A stretch of 64,000 nt of DNA, from positions 30,599-94,598 of the forward strand of contig CAZBJM010000001.1 in assembly GCA_964492225.1 (NCBI GenBank), written 5' to 3'. Of this stretch, positions 52,399-62,577 are shown in pieces (position 1 is the first letter of the stretch; each line of letters begins with the position of its first letter). This DNA is from an uncultured Methanosarcinales archaeon. GTDB taxonomy: Archaea; Halobacteriota; Methanosarcinia; Methanosarcinales; Methanosarcinaceae. The position numbers were made by a program, and so were the translations under genes. The notes under the pieces were generated by a model. The model worked only from the letters and a program-made list of their open reading frames with translations. It was not told where the DNA came from and did no database searches.

Positions 52399-52932
52399 CC
52401 TTCTATGGTGAACAAAAGTATGTTATAAATTTTTCCTTTATTGAGAGCATTATTGCCTTATTAGGGGAATAATACACACTTTAATGTACAATAAGGAAAA
52501 ATTAATAAATTATAATAAATATACTGTATAATCAAAAGACACTATGAGACCTTTGACATAAATGTTTGGTCCATATCTTGTATCCAAGGTTCACAGTTTC
52601 ACTTATGCTCTGCCAGAAGGAGCAACTGAAAAGCAAGCTCTTTTTAGAGCCTTGCATAACATTGAGGAACACATAGCAAAAAAAGATGCGATAGACTATA
52701 GAAAGTAGAGTATGAGCGGGTTGGGGGTGGGGGGTTATTGTCAAAATATAGATAGCCCGCTCATCTACAACACATATTGTTGACGTTTATATTTATATTT
52801 AGTGGTGTTCATCATCATAATGATGATAATAACATATTTAATATATAATGTACTGATTAGATATAAAAGAACCATGCTTCAATAAAGAAAATGCTAAATA
52901 CAACCTAGCCCCCTTATTTACGTGGTGAAATA

Positions 52933-53166
52933 ATGATAATAGGAGTTACAATGGTCAACGTGCTACCTGGCAAGGAACGCATGACCTATAACGAACTGCA
53001 CAGGATAGAAGGCATCAAGGATATCTATCATGTATTTGGAGAATATGATTTTGTGATCATTATAGAGGTTGGAGACCTTGGTCGCCTTAATAATATAGTA
53101 GACCATATACGTGGGACAGAGAATGTGATCTCGACACAGACCATAGTTGGTGCTGAGCTCAAATGA
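52933..53166 (+). CDS. stand-alone Lrp/AsnC-type ligand-binding (RAM) domain protein
   Basis: 77 aa with a beta-alpha-beta-beta-alpha-beta pattern (VFGEYDFVIIIEV). Confidence 0.65.
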   Translation: MIIGVTMVNVLPGKERMTYNELHRIEGIKDIYHVFGEYDFVIIIEVGDLGRLNNIVDHIRGTENVISTQTIVGAELK

Positions 53167-53283
53167 GCTTCATAGCTCTTTTTTACTTCATGCATTTGTG
53201 ATAGGGTACTTATTATATAATACCCGTTATTTATTTATGATAGTACTTTGATGTTCTTAGCAAATTGAAGAGGAAGATAAAAT

Positions 53284-55152
53284 ATGGCAACACCCATTGC
53301 AGAAGAACTTGCAAAGAACCAAAAATCCATCAGTGTTGCGGAATTCTTTGAAAAGAATCGGCAGATACTAGGTTTTGACTCCGCGCCCCGCAGTCTGATA
53401 ACAACCGTAAAGGAAGCTGTGGACAATGCCCTTGATGCCTGTGAGGAGGCTCAGATATTGCCCAATATACTCTTGCACGTGGAACGCTCCGGGAAGGATA
53501 ACGTAATCGTGATCATAGAAGACAATGGACCTGGTATCGTGAAGGAACAGATACCAAAAGTGTTTGCAAAGCTCCTCTATGGTTCAAGGTTCCATGCCCT
53601 AAGACAAAGCCGGGGACAGCAAGGTATAGGCATATCAGCATCCGTCCTGTATGCACAACTCACATCCGGCAACCCTGTAAAGATTATCTCGAAGATCGGC
53701 TCGGATAAACCCGCCCATTACTATGAACTAATGATCAACACCAGTACCAACGAACCGGAGATCCTGCAGGATAAGGTCGTGGATTGGGGAAGACCACATG
53801 GTACCCGCATCGAACTAGAGATAGAGGCTTCCTATGTCAAAGGCCGGCGGCAATCCATCCACGAATACCTCAAAGCTACTGCCATTGTGAACCCCCACGC
53901 AAAGATAACATTATTTGAGCCTGATGGCAACGAGGTGGTCTTCGAGCGAGCTACCGATAAGATGCCAACCCCTGCAACAGAGATACTGCCACATCCCCAT
54001 GGCATTGAACTTGGTACCTTGATGAAGATGTTGCGCTATACCGAGCGACAGAAACTAGCCCCATTCCTACGTTATTCTTTTTCCAAGATAGGCCACCTGA
54101 CAGCAGAGGAGATATGCAAGGCCTCGGGCCTTGATCCTGAAATGCACCCCCATGAGCTCAGTCGCGACCAGGCAAAGAAGATACTCGATGCCTTCACAAA
54201 AGTAAAGATAATGGCCCCTCCAACAGACTGTCTCTCCCCAATAGGAGAGGAGCTCATCTACAAAGGACTTGAAAAAGAATACAATGTAGACTTCATTGCC
54301 ACCACAACCCGTGCACCCGCTGTATTTTCCGGCAATCCTTTCATTGTGGAAGTGGGTATCGCCTATGGAGGCGACCTGCATAAGGACGAACGTATAGAAA
54401 TGATGCGTTTTGCCAACCGTGTCCCTTTACTATACCAGCAAGGGGGATGTGTAACGACCCATGCCATTGAGTCCATAAAATGGAAACAATATGGACTTAA
54501 CCAGCCAGGAGGAGGTCTGCCCAGTGGACCTGTGGTAATGCTCATACACGTGGCATCCACAAACGTTCCCTTCACGTCGGAATCAAAGGACGCTATAGCA
54601 GATATACCAGAGATCCTGGATGAGATCGGACTTGCGATAAAGGAGGTGGCAAGAAAACTAAGCAGATACCTCAGTAAGCAAGATAATCTGAAGAAGCGCC
54701 GTGAGAAAGAGATAATCATTACCAAGGTATTGCCAAAACTTGCACAGAAACTTGCACAGACACTGGATAAGGAAACACCCGATATAGGACCTGTTGTTGC
54801 AAGGATAATGGGTAATCTGCTGGTGCACAGGATAGTGGAAAGCGATGGTAAGGGAGGGGTCAATGTGGCAATAAAAGTGAAGAACTTCTCAGCAAGGAAA
54901 TACGAGTTCAAGGTACACGACATGATCCCATACCAGATAGAAGGAGCTGCCCCACAGCCAAAAGTGATAGCAATGGGCAATGATTACGACTACATATGGG
55001 ACATTGCCATATCCCCTGATGCTTCAAAGGTCATAAGATACTCGATACCGACAATTAGTGATACCGAAGTATCGAAGCTACCTTCATTGATAGTTGAAGG
55101 TCTTGACGAGGAACTTGTCACAGGCTCCAAAGCCATAAGAGGGGTGAACTGA
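53284..55152 (+). CDS. top6B: DNA topoisomerase VI subunit B
   Basis: GHKL ATPase motifs [24 protein letters not shown]. 622 aa. Confidence 0.93.
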   Translation: MATPIAEELAKNQKSISVAEFFEKNRQILGFDSAPRSLITTVKEAVDNALDACEEAQILPNILLHVERSGKDNVIVIIEDNGPGIVKEQIPKVFAKLLYGSRFHALRQSRGQQGIGISASVLYAQLTSGNPVKIISKIGSDKPAHYYELMINTSTNEPEILQDKVVDWGRPHGTRIELEIEASYVKGRRQSIHEYLKATAIVNPHAKITLFEPDGNEVVFERATDKMPTPATEILPHPHGIELGTLMKMLRYTERQKLAPFLRYSFSKIGHLTAEEICKASGLDPEMHPHELSRDQAKKILDAFTKVKIMAPPTDCLSPIGEELIYKGLEKEYNVDFIATTTRAPAVFSGNPFIVEVGIAYGGDLHKDERIEMMRFANRVPLLYQQGGCVTTHAIESIKWKQYGLNQPGGGLPSGPVVMLIHVASTNVPFTSESKDAIADIPEILDEIGLAIKEVARKLSRYLSKQDNLKKRREKEIIITKVLPKLAQKLAQTLDKETPDIGPVVARIMGNLLVHRIVESDGKGGVNVAIKVKNFSARKYEFKVHDMIPYQIEGAAPQPKVIAMGNDYDYIWDIAISPDASKVIRYSIPTISDTEVSKLPSLIVEGLDEELVTGSKAIRGVN

Positions 55153-56261
55153 TGATAAGAGACATAACACAACGAAAGAAAGAGAACGATGCTCTGGCAA
55201 GTAGCCGCTTGCTTGGACTTGCAGAGGAGCTCTACAATCAATTCCTGGATGAGACCATACCCAACGTGAACCTGCCAACCCGCACAAAGAAGAACATCGA
55301 GTATTGCGACGATAGCGAGGTGTGGGTCTATGGTGACCGGGAGACCGAAAGGAGTGCAAAGACAGTAAAAGGGGCCTTCCAGCTCCTGAAGACAGCGCAT
55401 GTGGTGGACTTCCTTGTAAATAGCCACCTTGGTCAAAACCGTGGTTCAACATTGAGGGAATTGTATTATATATCAGAGAATTGGGACATAGCTAAATTCC
55501 GTGAACAGCCTGAGAGTGACAGACTTATCGAAGACCTTGAGGTAATATCCGGGCTACAGAGGGAGTATTTCCACATGCGTCCTGAAGAGGACGGTGCCAC
55601 CATGTTTGGTCCCCTGCGCATCCTCGAGGAGACAAATCGTGGCAGTAGAGTGATACATTGCCAGGAAGATATCGGAGAGAGTGGTTACCAGATACCTTTC
55701 AATGTGGAGAACATTAAATTCCAGGACCATGATGCAAAGTTCATTATTGCTGTGGAAACTGGTGGTATGTATGCCAGACTTATTGAAAACGGCTTTGATG
55801 AGAAGTATAATGCCATTCTTATCCATCTTAAGGGCCAACCTGCCCGCTCCAGTAGGCGCCTGATCAAGCGCATGAACGATGAACTAAAGCTACCTGTCGT
55901 GGTATTTACCGATGGTGACCCCTGGTCATATCGCATATTTGCATCTATTGCCTATGGTGCCATCAAAACTGCACACCTGTCCGAACATATGGCAACCCCC
56001 GGTGCCCAATTCATCGGTGTGCAACCTTCGGATATCGTTGAATATGAACTCTCCACCGACAAGCTGACAGAAAAGGACATTGCTGCACTGCGGAGTGAAC
56101 TCAGTGACCCACGCTTTGAAAGTGATTATTGGAAAGAGCAAATAAACCTCCAACTAGAAATAGGTAAAAAGGCTGAGCAGCAGGCCTTTGCAGGTAAGGG
56201 CTTGGATTTTGTGACAGATACATATCTACCCAACAGGCTCACAGAGCTTGGTATAATCTGA
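55152..56261 (+). CDS. top6A: DNA topoisomerase VI subunit A (Spo11 family)
   Basis: TLRELYY catalytic Tyr region. Toprim motifs AVETGGMY and [12 protein letters not shown] overlap with top6B. Confidence 0.93.
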   Translation: MIRDITQRKKENDALASSRLLGLAEELYNQFLDETIPNVNLPTRTKKNIEYCDDSEVWVYGDRETERSAKTVKGAFQLLKTAHVVDFLVNSHLGQNRGSTLRELYYISENWDIAKFREQPESDRLIEDLEVISGLQREYFHMRPEEDGATMFGPLRILEETNRGSRVIHCQEDIGESGYQIPFNVENIKFQDHDAKFIIAVETGGMYARLIENGFDEKYNAILIHLKGQPARSSRRLIKRMNDELKLPVVVFTDGDPWSYRIFASIAYGAIKTAHLSEHMATPGAQFIGVQPSDIVEYELSTDKLTEKDIAALRSELSDPRFESDYWKEQINLQLEIGKKAEQQAFAGKGLDFVTDTYLPNRLTELGII

Positions 56262-56320
56262 ACTGGCCGCGTTTGTGCATGTGCAAGGACGGGCCATGGG
56301 TAAATGCAGAACACCGGGGC

Positions 56321-57088
56321 TTAGATACCTTTTTTTGGTTTGAAGTGCCCACATATTGCATTTAAAGAAACGGCCCTGCCCTTTGACCTCTTATGTCCGC
56401 AGACCCCGTTATGTTGGTTGATGCAAACTCCACAGCAATACACATGACGATCGAGTTTGTCCTTGATGGCCTTCTCCTTAATGAGGTCCTCACCAAACCC
56501 TTTATGATAATTGATATCACTGGGACTTGACCTCAAAGCATAGGAAAGTAGTGTCATTACCCCTGGTGGACGCCATTCATTGTACAGCTCGTTCACAGAG
56601 ATATCTGCAAGTCCAGCATAAGTGGATATAGTAGAACACGTCTTCCCTTCGGCCATTGTCTTAAGGAGCTTCTCATACTGCTCTTTTGCCCTCGCATTAT
56701 CAGGGTCAAAACTAAGGGCCTTTTTCATAAAGTTCAAAGCGCCTTCGTTATTACCAAGGGCCTGGAGTGCAAGGGATTTATTGAAGAGTACCGCTGCCCT
56801 GGACCTTACTTTATTCGTTGCATCTGCGTCTATCTCCGCACAGGTAGTATCTTCCGTACAAAGGATCCTGTCATAACATCGAATAGCCTCTTCAAAATCC
56901 CCTTTCTTATGATGTAGCATACCCTTTTGATTTAGTGCCACAGCGTCAAATGGATCAAGCTCCAATGCCAGAGAAAAGAAGAACATCTTCCTTCCAGGGT
57001 CGGTCTCACGAATAGCTTGCGCTGTCCATCTTTTTGCAGTCAACTTTTCTTCTTTTCCCATTAGCAAAGTAAAACAAAGCTTACACAT
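56321..57088 (-). CDS. TPR-repeat protein with C-terminal Cys/His-rich tail
   Basis: TPR-like helical repeats. C-terminal HVYCCGVCINQHNGVCGH..CGH. An alternative start is at 57061. Confidence 0.6.
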   Translation of the reverse strand: MCKLCFTLLMGKEEKLTAKRWTAQAIRETDPGRKMFFFSLALELDPFDAVALNQKGMLHHKKGDFEEAIRCYDRILCTEDTTCAEIDADATNKVRSRAAVLFNKSLALQALGNNEGALNFMKKALSFDPDNARAKEQYEKLLKTMAEGKTCSTISTYAGLADISVNELYNEWRPPGVMTLLSYALRSSPSDINYHKGFGEDLIKEKAIKDKLDRHVYCCGVCINQHNGVCGHKRSKGRAVSLNAICGHFKPKKGI

Positions 57089-57244
57089 AAAAACCCTATG
57101 CTTTTATGGATGAACAAATGGATCTGGCCAAGATGCCTACTGTTATTTTGGCATATATTGGAGTAAAATGATTGAAACTTGTTTATAGATGAAAGCAGTA
57201 TCTATCCAAGAAAGAACAGTAAACAGATATTCGGGAATTAATAT

Positions 57245-57787
57245 ATGGATACACCTGGAAATAGACCGGAAAGTGCGCAGGACCACTACGCAACTCTGGG
57301 AGTAAGCCGGGATGCCTCACCGGACGATATCAAGAAGAGCTACCGTGCCCTGATAACAAAATATCATCCGGATAGGAATCATGGACCGGACGCAGAATGG
57401 AAGACAAAGGAAATAAACGAGGCCTACAGCATCCTCTCAGACCCTGAGAAGAAAAGCAACTATGACCACCCCAGACCTCCTTCATACATGCATGACCATG
57501 ATGATCATGTAAGAGGGAAAGGATACCATAGTTCACAGGATGGTTATACATACAAGACCTACACATGGACCTATGGAGAGAACAAAAAAGCTGAAAACAA
57601 TGCTGATCCTGCAATGGCACAAATACTGCTGCGTATAGCCTTTAAAGTGATAGTATTGCTCATAGCATTGTGGCTTATATTGCATTTCTTTGTGCTGTTC
57701 ATCATTATAGTTTTCATTGTGATGCTGATATACCTTGCATCACAGGTAATGGGACAGATAGTTGGTTTCTTCTTTAACCGACGCTAG
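57245..57787 (+). CDS. J-domain (DnaJ-like) protein with C-terminal TM helices
   Basis: [24 protein letters not shown] (HPD motif). Hydrophobic C-terminal ~60 aa. Confidence 0.8.
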   Translation: MDTPGNRPESAQDHYATLGVSRDASPDDIKKSYRALITKYHPDRNHGPDAEWKTKEINEAYSILSDPEKKSNYDHPRPPSYMHDHDDHVRGKGYHSSQDGYTYKTYTWTYGENKKAENNADPAMAQILLRIAFKVIVLLIALWLILHFFVLFIIIVFIVMLIYLASQVMGQIVGFFFNRR

Positions 57788-57877
57788 CCCATATTCCAGC
57801 CGATGCATTTTGAAAGATAGGAAAATTGAAGCGTTATCGAAATAGAACACAAGAACTACCATTTTGGATCGATATTT

Positions 57878-58417
57878 ATGGATAGAACTATGAGTGGATG
57901 TTTGCAGTTCCGAGAGGAGCAGAGATTTGATCTGTGGATACGGGTAATGACATTCCTATCGGCTATACTAATATGGACCATCTCGATAGGGCGCTTTGTA
58001 TATGAGCAAACGTGGGGAAATGGACCTATGCCCGATGGGGCATTAATACTTCTTTTACTTGTCCTTGGGATAGCTATTCCCGCATTGTTCGCATATGCAC
58101 GCCTTATAACTGAAGTCCGCAACGATGGATTATATGTCCAGTTCTATCCCTTCCACAGGACATATAGACATTTTCCATTCGAACGCATTAAAACTTGTAC
58201 TGCACAGACATATCGACCAATAAGGGACTATGGAGGATGGGGCATTCGCTATGGACAAAAAGGGAGTGCATACAACATCAGTGGCAACCGAGGAATAATG
58301 CTGAAGTTCACAGATGGCAATGAATTGATGATAGGTTCTCAAAGAGCAGATGAACTTGCCAACTTCGTGGAATGCAGACTGAAGCAAGCGGATAAGAGCA
58401 ACAAAAATGGCCTGTAA
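57878..58417 (+). CDS. hypothetical membrane protein
   Basis: Two N-terminal TM helices followed by a soluble domain. No motif recognised. Confidence 0.5.
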   Translation: MDRTMSGCLQFREEQRFDLWIRVMTFLSAILIWTISIGRFVYEQTWGNGPMPDGALILLLLVLGIAIPALFAYARLITEVRNDGLYVQFYPFHRTYRHFPFERIKTCTAQTYRPIRDYGGWGIRYGQKGSAYNISGNRGIMLKFTDGNELMIGSQRADELANFVECRLKQADKSNKNGL

Positions 58418-58687
58418 GCCATGGCATCTGTAGAACATATCCATCGAGGGTCATGGATGACCTACAGTGTATACTTTTTCTTATATATGAGAATATATGA
58501 CCATAAGAAGACCTGTAATATAATATATATTTATAGATAGATACACCAGTAAATCAACTTCTATCACTCCCATCCAACATTGCGCTTCTGGTCATTGCAA
58601 CTATGTGGTATCATTTGAACCATCGGCTCCCATATGATACGGACGGAGAACAGCACTTTTTATTTAGCGGACCAACTACTTTACAAT

Positions 58688-58998
58688 GAGATCGTCTAAT
58701 TAGCTCATATTTCCTCCATTTCTGATCAGATGATCAATTAACAATAAACGGGTGCCGGCTCTATAACGGAAGATGTGGTTGCGTCTTCTAACGAATACGC
58801 TGTTGCGTCTTCTAACGAATACGCTGTTGCGTCTTCTAACGAATACGCGGCACTTTTTTACATTCCAACCCCCGGCTCGCCGCCACCCGCGCGCGTTCTT
58901 CCCGAGGGTCGGACAGTATATAGGAATTAACGTGAAAAATAGAGTATGCTTAAAAAAAGCGATAAGAATATAAAGTAAAATTCTGATCAGACAAACTC
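58688..58998 (+). repeat. MITE-like repeat, copy E (full length, 311 bp including an internal 3x24-bp tandem array) with 5-bp target-site duplication
   Basis: Flanked by ACAAT at 58683-58687 and 58999-59003. The termini GAGATCGTCTAATTAGC and GAGTTTGTCTGATCAGA (right end, reverse complement) match 12/17. Confidence 0.88.
58778..58849 (+). repeat. three tandem 24-bp units gttgcgtcttctaacgaatacgc(t/g) inside copy E
   Basis: Units at 58778-58801, 58802-58825 and 58826-58849, identical except the last base. Other copies have a single related segment (ataacgaaagatgcgg). Confidence 0.9.
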
Positions 58999-59337
58999 AC
59001 AATGATAAGCTAGGTATATCATCATACATATCACACATGCACCCGCGCTTGTTATGCAAAATCATAAACCTGGTATATCCATTTTTCCAAATATAAGGAC
59101 AATAAATAATACAAATACCTGTGCTTATGTAAGAAACTTCATAAATACAATGACCAGTGAAGGACATGAGTGTATGAGATATCATACATGTATGATGTTT
59201 CACACTTGTATGAAACAACATAGAAATAGGACAGAGCATACATCGGAACCACATAAGATAGACATAAAAGGAGTAAAGCAAAAAAAAAGACCTGACACTG
59301 ATAGGTGCCAGGTCACCAATATCCAAATGGACTGGAT

Positions 59338-60198
59338 TTATGACTGTTTCTTAAAGCACATGAACCAATCGAGACAGTATTTCTCATCACCTGTGGATTC
59401 CATCCTCTCCTTTGCAGCACCACATGAACCTGGTGGAGGGATTATGACATCTTCGCCTGGTTGCCAGTTAGCTGGTGTGGCGATACCCTCAGCATCGGAT
59501 TTCTGCATGGCCAACAGCAACCTTTTGACCTCGTCCATGTTCCTGCCGTTTGAGAGCGGGTAGTACAATATGGACCTGATCTTTGCCTTTGGATCAATGA
59601 AGAACACTGCCCTTACAGCTTGAGTATCTGATGCACCTGGCTGAAGCATACCATACTTCTTTGCAACGGTCATCTTAAGGTCCTCGATGACAGGGAAGGT
59701 TACCTCCACGTCCTTCATACCCTTGTACTCTATCTTTTCTTTGATTGTGCGTAGCCATGCAATGTGTGCATAGATACTATCAATGGACAGACCTATAAGC
59801 TCACAGTTCAATGCCTTGAAATCGCCCTGCATGCTTGCAAAGGTCATGAACTCTGTGGTACACACGGGAGTAAAGTCTGCTGGGTGACTAAAAAGAATGA
59901 CCCATTTTCCTTTATAGTCCTTGGGGAAGTTAATTTCCCCAGCTGTAGTCACTGCTTTGAAGGAGGGAGCATCATCACCTATCAAAGGCATTGAGGTAAC
60001 ATGGGGTGCATCCTGTTCTTTTTCCCGGAAGCTCTCCTTTATCTTGTGAAGATTGGAATCCAGGTATTCAGATATTTCCTTTGTTTGCTTATCAAGCTCT
60101 TTTTCAAGCTCCATTTCCTTAATATTCTTTGTAAGGTTTTCCTTGAGTTCCTTGAATTGGTCTTCAATATATTTGCGTGTATCTTTTTTTTCGCCCAT
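59338..60198 (-). CDS. peroxiredoxin (Prx6-like/archaeal type) with 69-aa Lys/Glu-rich N-terminal extension
   Basis: DFTPVCTTE peroxidatic Cys motif. The canonical N-terminus MPLIGDDAPSF is at internal ATG 59991, but ATG 60198 has GGTGA 6 nt upstream and the internal ATG has no SD. Confidence 0.85.
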   Translation of the reverse strand: MGEKKDTRKYIEDQFKELKENLTKNIKEMELEKELDKQTKEISEYLDSNLHKIKESFREKEQDAPHVTSMPLIGDDAPSFKAVTTAGEINFPKDYKGKWVILFSHPADFTPVCTTEFMTFASMQGDFKALNCELIGLSIDSIYAHIAWLRTIKEKIEYKGMKDVEVTFPVIEDLKMTVAKKYGMLQPGASDTQAVRAVFFIDPKAKIRSILYYPLSNGRNMDEVKRLLLAMQKSDAEGIATPANWQPGEDVIIPPPGSCGAAKERMESTGDEKYCLDWFMCFKKQS

Positions 60199-60685
60199 TT
60201 TATATCACCTTTGACATAATGTGTGCAGTTCAGCAATAAAATGCAGCAACATGCAAGATGTTGACAGCTGAATTTTTCACATGTATAATATGTATATCAT
60301 GCTGATTAAATATACTTATCTATTTAGCAACACGGATAGAACAAATTGTGTGGAGAGGGAGTCCAGCCATCAGCAGAACTCCCCAAAAGTGGTGGGTCAA
60401 TGGAATAACTAGGTAGGAGGTAGTTGATGGAAATAGACCCAACACCACTGTATCTGAGCAATACTGATCACTCAGATCGATAGTGTACATGTAAACACGT
60501 ATATATAATGATTTCTCTTATAAATTATAAGAAGTTTCATAAAAAAAAACAAGAGAAATTGTGCTTTTTAAAAAAACATCAGATAAAGGCATCGTCAATT
60601 TAAAATTAAAAGATAGTATCATCAATTGTAGTGACCTTTGACAACTGCTTGCTAATATGACCATGAAATGGAGGGCACACGTCTT

Positions 60686-61552
60686 TTAGAGCCATGGTAA
60701 AACACTTATGATCCCATGGCAGTTGCAAGCCGTAGCAACAAAGAAGGCACCACTGATGTCACAAGACATTCGGCCTTTAGTGAAAGCACATGCGTGTGAC
60801 ATTGCACTAAGTAAGCCACCCCTGAGCTCTGAACCCCTTATACCCCCAATACCAGGTTCTAACTGGATGCTTTCAAAGACCCGACCTGGATATATCAAGG
60901 CAGCTTCCCGGGCATGGCTTGCAATGCTTAGTGGTTTTTTCCTTGCAAATGTAGGACAGTACCCTTCTGGCCCCGCACAGTTATCAGGACAGATCTCCCC
61001 GTTTTGCGCGTATGAAAGGAATATGGTGCCTTGTTCAGGACATGATCCAGCCATTATCTCCTTTGGAATGACCGATACAAGCTCTAAAAAGAGCTCGGAC
61101 CGCCTTCCATCACAGCGACCAATGGAACCCCCCTGTGCAAAGCCCCAAAGATCAGACCCAAGGGCCGAGACCACAATATCTGCCGCTGCGTGTGAAGGCA
61201 CAGCGGGTATGATATACTCTGGCAAACCATGCATAAGTAGTGAAAACACATCCGAGACATCCATTTGATGAAAATAAGAAAGGGGTACGGATGAAGCATG
61301 TGCCTGAGAGTGGGCAGAATCGATGATAGTTGCGAGAGTGTCCATATCAAAGATAGTCTCTAGATCGTTTGAGACCATTGCATCAGGATCCTTATCTATC
61401 ACTATCACAAGGGGAATACTCTTCTTTTTTGCATGTTTAAGGAAATTGTGCCCCACCTTTCCCCCACCAAGTACAAGAAAATATCCACGGACCACCGGTA
61501 ATGACTGTATGATATGCATCCTGTGTATCAGTTCTTCGGATGGGGAGTACAT
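60686..61552 (-). CDS. hypothetical protein with Rossmann-like N-terminal motif
   Basis: VLGGGKVGHNF..VIVIDKD and a Cys motif CPDNCAGPEGYCP. Family not recognised. Confidence 0.45.
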   Translation of the reverse strand: MYSPSEELIHRMHIIQSLPVVRGYFLVLGGGKVGHNFLKHAKKKSIPLVIVIDKDPDAMVSNDLETIFDMDTLATIIDSAHSQAHASSVPLSYFHQMDVSDVFSLLMHGLPEYIIPAVPSHAAADIVVSALGSDLWGFAQGGSIGRCDGRRSELFLELVSVIPKEIMAGSCPEQGTIFLSYAQNGEICPDNCAGPEGYCPTFARKKPLSIASHAREAALIYPGRVFESIQLEPGIGGIRGSELRGGLLSAMSHACAFTKGRMSCDISGAFFVATACNCHGIISVLPWL

Positions 61553-61583
61553 GCATACAGGTATATACCGCTATCTTAAATAT

Positions 61584-62375
61584 TTAATCCCGGCTCATCA
61601 CAAACGTATCCATATATCTTTTCAAATGGGCCCGAGCAGCTATAATTTGATCGTCCTGTGGAAGGAGTTGGGCAATGATGTCTATATAACCCCCATCGGC
61701 CACAAGGCGCATGGTAGATTGGAAATTTATGTCGAATACCCAGGAAAGTCTGGCAAGTCGCAGGTCATTGCATGTACGTATATTATTGATAGTAGCTACC
61801 CTTCCATTGAAGATATCGTCCAGAAGCTCATGGGAATATTCTGAAGTATCCGGTAAGCCCATATCCAGTGAGGAGATAGGAGAGGAACTTGTCCTGCTGT
61901 AGTTCTCGGACAGTATGCTCAATATATCAAGCTTATCTGCATCCCTCACAAGTCTTGTATGAAAAAGGCATCTACTGTCAAGACCATCTGGTACCTTATG
62001 TTTGTTATGATGTTCTATCGCCTGTAGGATCAGCTCCTGTTGCACAAAAGGTAAAATGGAAAGCACCCCGGCAGACCTCAGGACCTTCAAACCCAAGAGT
62101 GCATGGTCCTCTGATTCTGAATCCTTGAATGTCCTGTACCTTGTTATTTGCTCAAAGCGACCAGTATCATGTAACAGGGCGATGGTCATTGCAATATATC
62201 GCCCTTCATTGTCCAGTTTTTCAGAATCCGCTATGCATGCAGCATTCTGGCATACTCTCAGACTATGTGCCTCCTTTAGCTTGACATTTTTGAGAAGAAA
62301 ACAGTCCTCTGAATAGAAAGAACGTACATATTCCATGAACCATGCTTTGAATGTGGGAAATTGGGATATGATCAT
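61584..62375 (-). CDS. HD-domain phosphohydrolase-family protein
   Basis: H..HD motif (AHSLRV..ALLHDTGR) and a downstream DADKLD. Confidence 0.7.
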   Translation of the reverse strand: MIISQFPTFKAWFMEYVRSFYSEDCFLLKNVKLKEAHSLRVCQNAACIADSEKLDNEGRYIAMTIALLHDTGRFEQITRYRTFKDSESEDHALLGLKVLRSAGVLSILPFVQQELILQAIEHHNKHKVPDGLDSRCLFHTRLVRDADKLDILSILSENYSRTSSSPISSLDMGLPDTSEYSHELLDDIFNGRVATINNIRTCNDLRLARLSWVFDINFQSTMRLVADGGYIDIIAQLLPQDDQIIAARAHLKRYMDTFVMSRD

Positions 62376-62577
62376 TATGTGATTATTTGTGCGTATAAAT
62401 ATATTGGCTTTTCTATGTAGTCTTTAATGGCCAAGGAAACAGTATAAATTTGTGAATACCAAACGTATACATTATAACAGTATACAAAACAATACTTATA
62501 AATAACAGTAATATTAAAAGAATATAGGAAATATTCAAATGCCACTTAAAGGCATCATATAAAAATGGAGCTAAAAA

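Noticed and set aside
58778-58849. Possible miniature CRISPR array
   Set aside because: The three 24-bp units are directly contiguous with no spacers, are embedded in a transposable-element copy, and no cas genes or leader are present.
58773-58973. 66-aa ORF (MWLRLLTNTLLRLLTNTLLRLLTNT...) in the six-frame track
   Set aside because: It is simply the translation of the 3x24-bp tandem repeat and GC-box inside MITE copy E. It has no RBS and no counterpart in other copies.
60207-60643. 10-mer acctttgaca present at 60207-60216 and 60634-60643 in the peroxiredoxin upstream spacer
   Set aside because: A single 10-mer recurrence within ~500 bp of AT-rich DNA is within chance expectation. The first copy is explained by the SD region of the peroxiredoxin gene.
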